From: Eledone cirrhosa
Lineage: Eukaryota
Direction: 5' to 3'
Length of the DNA stretch: 64,000 nucleotides
Assembly: GCA_964016885.1 (NCBI GenBank)
Contig: OZ024742.1
Location: 302,560,001 to 302,624,000, forward strand
Below the pieces are notes generated by a model. The model did not search any database and was not told the origin of the DNA. It saw only the letters and a program-made list of their open reading frames with translations. The translations under genes and the position numbers were made by a program. Shown piece by piece: positions 55,067 through 64,000 of this stretch; the first letter of the stretch is position 1; each line of letters begins with the position of its first letter.

Positions 55067-58000
55067 GGGCGGCTAGTGAACTCTGGGAAACTCGACCAAA
55101 CCGTCATCTTTTTGTGTACGACCTGCAGTCAAAAAAATTTTTTATTGTCGACACTGGCGCGTCACTAAGTATTTGGCCAGTTAGTTATCTTGATAATACT
55201 CCGCCTGAGTCCACTATCAATTTGCAAGCAGTCAACCATACGGCGATTCGAACTTATGGACAAATTTCGCTTCCTCTTAAGTTTACAAATCTTCGCCAGG
55301 ATTTTAGGTGGAAATTTACTATCGCCGACTTACCATATGCTATCTTGGGAGCGGATTTCCTCCACCATTTTTCCTTGTCGATTGACATCCGCAGACAACG
55401 ACTTTTTGATGCTAATACAGGCCTATCGTTCGAGGGTACAAAGCCGGAGAGCGCCACAGTAAGCCCTGCTTTTTTCTTGGCTGAAGTGGGCAACCAGTAT
55501 CACAGTTTGTTAAAATTATTCCCACAGCTGACGCAAGGAAGATTACGAATTGCTAGTCCGGATCATGTGATTGAACACTTTATATCCACTACAGGTCCAC
55601 CTGTTTTCTCACGTCCTCGAAGATTATCTGCAGAGAAGTTGAAAGCTTCACGGTCTGAATTCGACCACATGCTGGAATTAGGAATAATTCGGCGTTCACA
55701 AGTCCTTGGGCATCGCCTCTACATATGGTACTTAAATCTTCTGGTGATTGGAGACCGACGGGTGACTACCGACGCTTAAACGCGATTACTGTGCCTGACC
55801 GTTATCCAATCCCGCATTTGCAGGATTTCGCTTCTTCATTACAAGGTTGCACAATTTTTTCTAAGCTCGATTTGATTCGTGCTTATAATCAGATTCCGGT
55901 TAAAAAGGAGGATATTCCGAAGACTGCTATTGCCACTCCTTTTGGATCCTTCGACTTCCTTACTATGCCTTTCGGGCTAAGAAATGCGGCTAGTACCTTC
56001 CAACGATTTATGGATGATGTTACTCGGGGCCTGGATTTTGTGTACACGTATATCGATGATGTGTTGATTGCTAGTTCTTCTCCTGAGCAGCATTCAAAGC
56101 ATCTGGATCTCGTATTTCGTCGTTTACAGAGATATAATGTTCGTATTAATGCTTCCAAGTGTGTTTTCGACTCGACTTCACTAACATTTTTAGGCCATCT
56201 GATTGACGCCGATGGTATTCGACCTCTTCCTGAGAAGGTTAAGGCAGTATCGGATTTGCCTCCGCCAAGTTCACTGCGACAATTACGTCAATTCTTAGGC
56301 CTTGTCAATTTTTATAGGCGATTCGTGCCTAATTGTTCCAACTTGCTGTTCTCGTTGACAGAAATTTTTTAAAATTGCCGGCGTAAGAATATGGACATTT
56401 CCTTAAATAAAACGCAGCTTGAGGATTTTAAAAAAGTGAAAAAGGCGTTAGCGAGCGCGTCTTTGCTCGCCCACCCAGTACCCAACGCCGAGCTATCGCT
56501 CTGTGTTGATGCGTCGGATACCGCCGTGGGCGCAGTCTTGCAACAGAAGTGCGATGGTTTACAACAACCACTGGAATTTTTTTCGAGAAAGCTAAAGCCT
56601 GCCGAAAATCGTTATAGTACTTTCGGGCGTGAGCTTTTAGCAATTTATTTATCTGTGAAACATTTCTCCCATGTTCTGGACGGGAGAGCGTTCACTATTT
56701 TCACAGATCACAAACCGTTGATTTTCGCTTTAAGATCAAAATCTGACAAATATTCGCCTAGGGAAACTAGACATCTGGATTTTGTTTCCCAATACACCAA
56801 TGATATTCAACATATTACGGGTGCCTTGAACACTGCGGCAGACGCCTTGTCTCGCCTCCCGATAGCTTCGATCTCGTCGTCTAACGATATAGATTTGCGT
56901 CAAATGGCCATTGACCAACCCTCGCTTGAATCATTGGATTGCACATCGCCGGAGTTCATTAACTGCAATATGAAATACCTTCCTTTATCAACCGCTGACG
57001 GACAGATACTTTGTGATATCTCGTTGGACTCACCACGACCTCTCGTCCCAGTTGGTCATCGACGAACTGTATTTCTCGCTTTGCATGGCATTTCTCACCC
57101 AGGAGCTACAGCCTCGGTAAAACTCATAACAGCCAGATTTTTCTGGCCTGATATGAGACGTGACATTGCTGCTTGGTGCCGTTCCTGTGTCGCTTGCCAA
57201 AAGTCAAAAGTTCATAAGCACGTTAAAACTCCTCTCGGAACTTTCACCTGTCCTGATGCCAGATTCCGTCACATTCATGTGGACATCGTCGGCCCGTGGC
57301 CGATTAGTCGTGGTTATTCGTATATTTTGACGATCGTTGACCGTTTTTCGCGTTGGCCTGAAGCCATCCCTATGACATATATCACTGCTGAAACGACAGC
57401 GCGTACTCTCATATCTGCATGGATCGCTCGTTTTGGAGTACCAACCACAATAACAACGGACCGCGGTCGTCAATTTGATTCGAACCTCTTCCGTGAATTA
57501 ACACAAATTATTGGCGCTACTCGCATAAGAACCACGGCATATCATCCAGCATCAAACGGAATGGTGGAAAGCTTTCACAGACAGCTTAAAGCCTCTTTAA
57601 GGGCTTCAATGGACTCTTCACGTTGGAGTGAGTACCTATCTATTGTGTTGTTAGGTATTCGGTCGACAATAAAGGTGGACCTTGGGTTCTCCCCGGCCGA
57701 ATTGATTTATGGTACTCCTCTTGCGTTACCGGGACAAATGCTTGCTCCTGTTGATCTTGCTTCGCAGGATCTCGCTTCCTACGTGTCCCGGCTTCATTCT
57801 TACTTCCAGGATTTACGTCCGATGGACACTAGGAAGCAAACTGTAAAAACTGCCGTCCCAAAGGATATCGCCTTGTGGACACATGTGTTCGTTAGAGACG
57901 ACGCTGTGAGACCCCCTCTCACACGGCCGTTCTCTGGACCCTATCGTATGCTTGCTCGTACAGAGAAACATTTCAGTGGACATTAGGGGGTCCAGGGAAA

Positions 58001-58185
58001 CTATTTCCGTTGATCGCCTCAAATGAGCCAATCTGGACACTGACACAGTGACACTTGAACCACAAATGCCCCCTTCTTTTTCTTCGCCACATACGCTTGT
58101 TTCTTCGTCCCCCCCACCACCAACATACAGAAATACGACCCGTTCAGGTCGAAGGGTGCATTGGCCCCGTAAGCTATGCATTACT
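55050..58185 (+). pseudogene. pol: Gypsy pol (protease, RT, RNase H, integrase)
   Basis: [39 protein letters not shown] zinc finger, HVDIVGP, TDRG, NGMVE, GPY; frameshift and stops. Confidence 0.93.
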
Positions 58186-58659
58186 ATAAACTTCTGAATT
58201 GTATTCTTTTTTATTGCAGTTATTTTTACTGTATATTGAATTTGTTGTTGCATTTTGTACCCTCACTGCCTATGGTATTTTTAAGGCATATTATAATTTT
58301 TCATTGCATTTTGTAACCTTACTGCCTATGGCATTTTCAATGCCTATCGTTTTTTTTTATCGCATTTGGGACCCTTACTGCGAATGGTATTTTTAATGCA
58401 TTTTGCATTTATTGCTGCATGTGTATAATTATTGCATTTGTTGTATATTTTTTGTGTAATGCTTGCATGCATTAACCTATTTCACCTCTATATTGTTCGC
58501 TTTGAAACCGGTTTCAACAACTTGTAAAGAGTACCTTGTAAGGCTTTGGCTTCATTGTTATATATTACAGGAATTTTTTTTGCACCAATTTACAACTTCT
58601 GGTTCCTCCATGCTATCGTTTGTTTTACGATTTTCTTTAAAAATCTGGTCGGAGGTGAT

Positions 58660-59087
58660 TGTAGTAACTATGGCGACAGTGTGTTGACTATAGCAACGCA
58701 GTGTCGCCACCTGTGGGTAACACAAAAAAATAGCGAATTACTTCCCTTATCTCGGCGTTCTCTAAAAGAAGAGACGCCAATGTAAAACTCAAGAGATTTG
58801 TTTTTTTATTCCAGTCACCCATGTCCTGCCACGTGGACGTACTTTGTGAAAACGCCTGTTTTTGACCAAGAGATTTTCATATCTCTTCTTGAATGTAAGA
58901 ATTAAGCCACTGCCGTTTAGCTTGCAGGGTATGTCCTGTGAATGTAATTATTATGTTGTGTTTTATTAAATGTATCATTTAATAAAAAGATTAACCTTGT
59001 TATCGTTAAAGCCCTTCTGTTTTAATTAATAATCTTAGAGAGATGAGATGTCGTTCACACACCTGGACGATATATCATTTTTCTTTA
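58660..59087 (+). repeat. 3' LTR
   Basis: matches the 5' LTR; preceded by short purine-rich ggaggtga. Confidence 0.93.
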
Positions 59088-60736
59088 AGATCAATCGAAA
59101 GCATTCGATAGGGTCGACCATCGGTACCTGGAGGCTGTCCTCAAGGCGGCTGGCTTCGGCCCCGTCTTCAGAAGCTGGATCGCTGCAATGCACAGCGGCA
59201 CCTGCTCGATGGTCAAAATTAATGGCCACCTCTCGGAACCGTTTCAGGTCTCCCAATCGGTCCGTCAAGGGTGCCCTCTCTCCTCCCTTCTGTACGTATT
59301 GACTCTCGAGCCTTTACTGCGGAAGCTGGAGCTGTTGCAGGGCATCCCGCTTGAACCGGGACGCGGAAAGGCTGTGTCGGCTTATACGGACGACATCACC
59401 GTGATGGTGTTGGACACCTCAGAAATCGAGGTGGTCGGCAACTTATTGGAGGAATATGAAAGGTTGGCGGGAGCAAAACTTAACCCGGAAAAGTCGGTGG
59501 GCTTGCAATTCGGCACCTGGATAGTCAAGTCCATGCCGCCCCACAGCGTCGTTAGGCGCTGGACGGACGGACCGGTAAAGTTGCTAGGGGTTTGGTTCAG
59601 GCCAGACCTCCAGGTGGATAAGAATTGGGACGAGGTGACGGGCAGGGTAGCCAGTCTCACCCAGAAATGGGCTGGGATGAAGCTATCACTAAAAGGTCGG
59701 GCGGAAGTAGCGAACGCGTACATCGCGTCCGTCATCTACTACCGTCTGACCGTCGTCCCTTTCCCCCGTTCGCGCCTCGCCATCTTGGAGCGGCTCCTCT
59801 TCAAATTCTTATGGAAGGATCAGGTTCCGCTGGTGAGGCGATCCATCTGCTGCCAGCACCCTCTACGTGGAGGGCTGGGCCTGCCGTGGCTAACGATGCG
59901 CAGGCACGCGCTGAGGCTGCGGCATCTCCAGATATTCTGCCTAAACGGTGAACAGGTGTGGTCGCCGTTTGTCAGACGGGCCTTTCCGCAGCTAGTTTCT
60001 TTGACTGAGCTGCAGTCCTGGGTCAAGAAGAGACTGAGACTGGATGACTGGCATCTTGAATGTTGCCAGGCACTCAATGCCCTCTACCAGGCGGGCAATG
60101 CGGTCAGTGGAACTTCCACTCTCGAGTTCTATAGAGGATTAGTGGTGGGCAAGTGCGACTCTGGGAGTCAACGAAGTCGATCTAACCAGTCTGTACCGGA
60201 GGACTTTCGAGCCGGGGATGATGGATAATTTCCAAAAATCCCTCGCTTGGCAGTGCTACCGGGGGGCACTGCCGGTTCGAGATAAACTCTACAGCCACGG
60301 AAGTGCTGTCAGACGGACCTACCCGAGATGCGCGCAGAGCGACGAAACCGTTCTGCACGCACTAGTCCAATGTCCGTGCATTACTGACTTGTGGAGTTAT
60401 GTTGAACAGCTGTTGTCGCGTGTAGAACGGATCCGGCTATCGGCCGAGTTCATAGTGAAGATCGACCCGCCGCCTTCTTTTGGCCAGGAAGGGCAGACAA
60501 TTTTCCTCTGTCTGGTGGCAGTATCGAAAGAGGTTGTATGGTGGACGAGGTTGAAAGGACTGAAGACAGACACTTTTCTCTTCGGCCAATCCCTCATCAA
60601 CTTTTTCAAGTTTCATTTAGAAAAGAAGGTGAGGGTGGAGAGAGAAGTGCTGCCCCCCAGTACATTTGCTGAAAGGTGGGTGAATGTGACGAGAATGACC
60701 CATGTGAGTGGGCCTACTCTGGTCATGCGGCTGTAG
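59088..60736 (+). pseudogene. Tx1-like ORF2 3' part
   Basis: QSKAFDRVDH, VRQGCPLS, AYTDD, LSLKGRA, GGLGLP, PRCAQSDETVLHALVQC. Confidence 0.9.
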
Positions 60737-60990
60737 GTAGGTAAATTTGAGGAGGAGAGGGGGTGCCCTTCCAGGGTGCTCTCGAAGTCTCGGGTCGTTC
60801 AGGATTGGTGGGGTACCTGAGCGAACCTTGGGTGGTCATCCCCCCTATTGGGAATTTTTTTCTTGTTGTAATTTTATTGTTACTTTGTTATTGTGATTCA
60901 TATTGTTTACTCGATTTTTCTGTAAAACCCCACTGTCCCAGTCTTTTGTATTGTCCCCTATATGTCGGCCCTTGTGGCCAATAAATGAAA

Positions 60991-61028
<38 letters not shown>

Positions 61029-62639
61029 GAGCTCTGGCGTCGGGGTCAAACTTTTTCCTATATGTATATATATATATATATTTACCCATCCATTGAGGCG
61101 GTCCAATAAGAATTCGTCTTCCGAATAATTTAATTAATTCCTGGTATTTCGTGTCGGTCACCGTCCTCGAGCCCCTGATTTTTCCTTTTAATAAGCAAAA
61201 TTAGGAAGAATGAGGTGGAGTGGTTGATGCAACGAGTGTCGCTGGCCAATCTCCGCGGCAATATTTTCAACATCTCACCCACGAGGTGAAAAAGAGGTAT
61301 ATCACATAGACTGATATGTATAGCCTACCTCTTCCTTCCCTACCTAATAATTTCCAAATAATATAATATATACGAATCATATTTAATTTAGGGCCAATTG
61401 AAATACTGGAATTTCTTTTCCATTGTGAGAATACATTTTCATTAACGTTAATGAATCTTCTTTTCATTGCAGTTATAATTTCTATTAATGATAATAATTT
61501 CTCTTCGCCGCAGCAAGTATTGCAGTCAGAACTTAATTATAATTCTTGTTACTTAGTGACATAAAAATATACCTAGATTTGCACGTGTCCAAAATCAATA
61601 TTGCCCACACTAAATCTTGTTTCGTCATTAAGGACAACTGATTAGCAGAGAAGCTAGAAGCGGAAAGACAGTAAAGTTCCTAGGTCATTTGCATCATAGC
61701 CGAATAGTTAAGAAGTTCGCCTCTGGCATCTGAGACAAGCGTCATTTAGCATAGCCTCGAGTCGACCCATGTCTTTTGAGTGAAATAGGTTAGACGGAAA
61801 ATGCTTGGAAGCTTATCGGATGGACTGTACCTGTAATTAGAACGGTGAGCTTTGTTACACAGACTGTGTCTCACACTGGAAACTCCGTTGCTCTTGCACT
61901 TCACGGAATGCCATCGGTCTCTAGGAGGTGCCATCACCACCCATACCACCTGCAGTAGCCCCACCACCACCACTACCACCAGAACAACAACGCAGATTTT
62001 GGAGTGTCGTATATGAAATTAAAACGACAAATACTTGACTTCAGAAAAGTAAATGGCGATTTCAGGAAAATAGTGACTTAAATGTTGCTCAGTATTTAGG
62101 CCATCACTACCTTATCTACTTCTAATCACTCATACAACATATAATTAACAAACCTGTCTAAAAATATAACTTCATATCTGGCCCTCTTCTGAGGTTTCAG
62201 TATGCCTGTTGATAAACATGTGAATGTATAGAAATAACAGATATAGTAGTTGGAAGTTTTTAAATCATTATTGAAAACTTAATTAAAACCTTTCGTAATC
62301 AACACCGAACAAATTTTTACCGCATATGGCGATAAAAAAATATCGAATTTAAAGTAATAGATTATCGAATAGAAATATAAAACAATAAACAAATCATTAT
62401 CGAATAAAAACATATATTAAGAAAAATCTCACAAATTGAAGATTGTTGAACAGGATTGTTGAACAGAATTGTAAACAGAAAAATACGAGGTGTTAAAGGA
62501 AGCGAAGCACATTTCAAGGTCAAATTTGAACTAAATATGATTAAAAACAGCAGCGTTTAAGAAAGAACTAGCACCATTTGAGGGAGCTGCAACTACTACT
62601 GTTAGAATTTTTTATTTTGCGGGTCGCGAATGGAACTCG

Positions 62640-62792
62640 GTTATATCGACCCTAGTTCTGGTACATTATTTTATCGAATCCAGAAGAATGAAAAGAAAAT
62701 TTAATCTGGGCAGGATTTGAATACAGAACTTAAAGAGCGGGAAAGAATAGTACAGCCATTTCGTCCGATGCCCCAACAAATCTGCCAATCCA
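62640..62792 (-). mobile_element. SINE family 1, diverged
   Basis: ctggtac..ttttatcga..gaatgaaa..ggatttgaa pattern. Confidence 0.6.
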
Positions 62793-63519
62793 ACAACCTA
62801 TATATATATCTGTTTTTAAGTCACTGAATGTTGTTAGATGTATTCTTCCCTCTAAAAGCGGGCACGGAGCACTGTTTAGAGAGGCGAAGAACTTACAGTG
62901 AATAATAAGCAAACAGATCCCTGATGCGAGATATGGATTATATATTTGTAGATACGAACTATTTTTTAAGTGGAGTTAAATGTGAGGGTAAGGACGCAAT
63001 TAGTTATGGCTAATTTGATAATCTCGAATACAAATACATTACGAGCAACTATTGAATTATTGTTATGTTCCTCTTTGGACTTAACGCATATAATGGCGTT
63101 ATCTAATTACGTGTACGTGCCTTGTAGCTAGTGCTCATAATACAATTGTCTAGAATTTAATGGAAACACGCAACCTTATTTATAAAACCGAAACTAAGAC
63201 GTTTAATCCGAAATAATTGACCGTTTTCCTTGAAAGCAGTGAATACTTAATAAAAGGAATGCAAAGCCGCTGTGTGGTATACGATACTTAAATCAATAGT
63301 ACTAAATATATTGTTTTGTTGACCAACTCATCGAAGTTAGGCAGCGGGTAAAGGTCAAAGTAGGGTTTGTCCTATTTCACTCAGTCGGAAAACATGAGTT
63401 ATAGCTATGTCAATCAAGATATTTTGGGATTCCTCTTGAGACAGGTGTACGGTGAACTTCCTTTCTCAGCCAATCTTAAATAATTAGATTAAAGTGACAC
63501 TCTTGTCAACAGTTTAGAG

Positions 63520-64000
63520 GCTATACCACAGAGTATGTTCTGGAAAAATCCAGGTCAATAAATGAAGAATACTCCTGGCGGTATAAACGAATCTTGATCG
63601 TCTTTGTTAGTGCACTGAAACAGTGAAACATCGTCATAAGTGTGATGAAGACCAACACCAGTTTAAACCTGTTGTTTTCCACAAGGAGGGCGAGAAAACT
63701 CAATGCGTCAACGTAAACAAAGGAACATCAAGATGGAGTCTTCTGAAGGCTAGTAATGACATAAAGGTGTAGATGGAATTGGAGAGGGCTCTCCTCTTTG
63801 ATAGCTATATTGCTAATACGAAAGGACAGATGAATTTGGAGAGGGATCTCATCATCCCTAGCTATATTGCTAATGACAAGAAGGTGCAGATGAATTTGAA
63901 AGAGGACGGTTGTCTTCCCAAATTGTATTTCAATAACGAAGCAACACCTGGAGATCACAGTGTCATCCGACATGACAAATGAGGTCCTGATGGTTAACTT
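63520..64000 (+). pseudogene. Decayed HERO/NeSL-like RLE non-LTR fragment
   Basis: EYVL..YSWRYKRIL (cf. RYTWRHNxVL), VFHKEG, SLLKASND, VVFPNCISITKQHLEI (cf. LxFPxxIxxTxxRPDI). Confidence 0.5.

Larger units (their letters stand above)
53188..59087 (+). mobile_element. Ty3/Gypsy LTR retrotransposon, CsRn1-like
   Basis: two LTRs, 4-bp TSD AGAT (53184-53187/59088-59091), tRNA-Trp PBS, CHCC-type gag motif, PR-RT-RH-IN order. Confidence 0.95.
49213..60992 (+). mobile_element. Tx1/L1-group non-LTR retrotransposon interrupted by a Gypsy element
   Basis: ORF1 remnant, APE, RT and C-terminal Cys/His knuckle; (ATT)n on both flanks. Confidence 0.88.

Overview
AT-rich, gene-free eukaryotic (metazoan) repeat landscape. 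The (TA)n/(CA)n density and SINE families suggest an octopod cephalopod (inference). No host gene is supported, and most ORF-track entries are microsatellite artefacts. Large elements: a CR1-like LINE (9.5-13.4 kb), a near full-length GIY-YIG Penelope-like element (PLE) with an extra upstream ORF and an inverted pLTR (21.3-27.5 kb), two more PLE remnants, a Tx1/L1-type LINE sitting in (ATT)n and interrupted at its RT motif-A Asp by a CsRn1-type Gypsy LTR element, a Tc1 remnant, two MITEs and many tRNA-derived SINEs. The main hidden signal lies in the short unique islands between (TA)n tracts. Many are fold-back mini-elements carrying type I hammerhead ribozyme (HHR) motifs from roughly 15 or more dissimilar sequence families. 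Recurrent non-canonical traits are a U.U apposition at the base of stem II, U3-A8 covariation, a GCAA core variant, very long stem II/III inserts, and inversion breakpoints at or near the ribozyme core. All folds were read by eye; no activity is demonstrated, and element boundaries are approximate.
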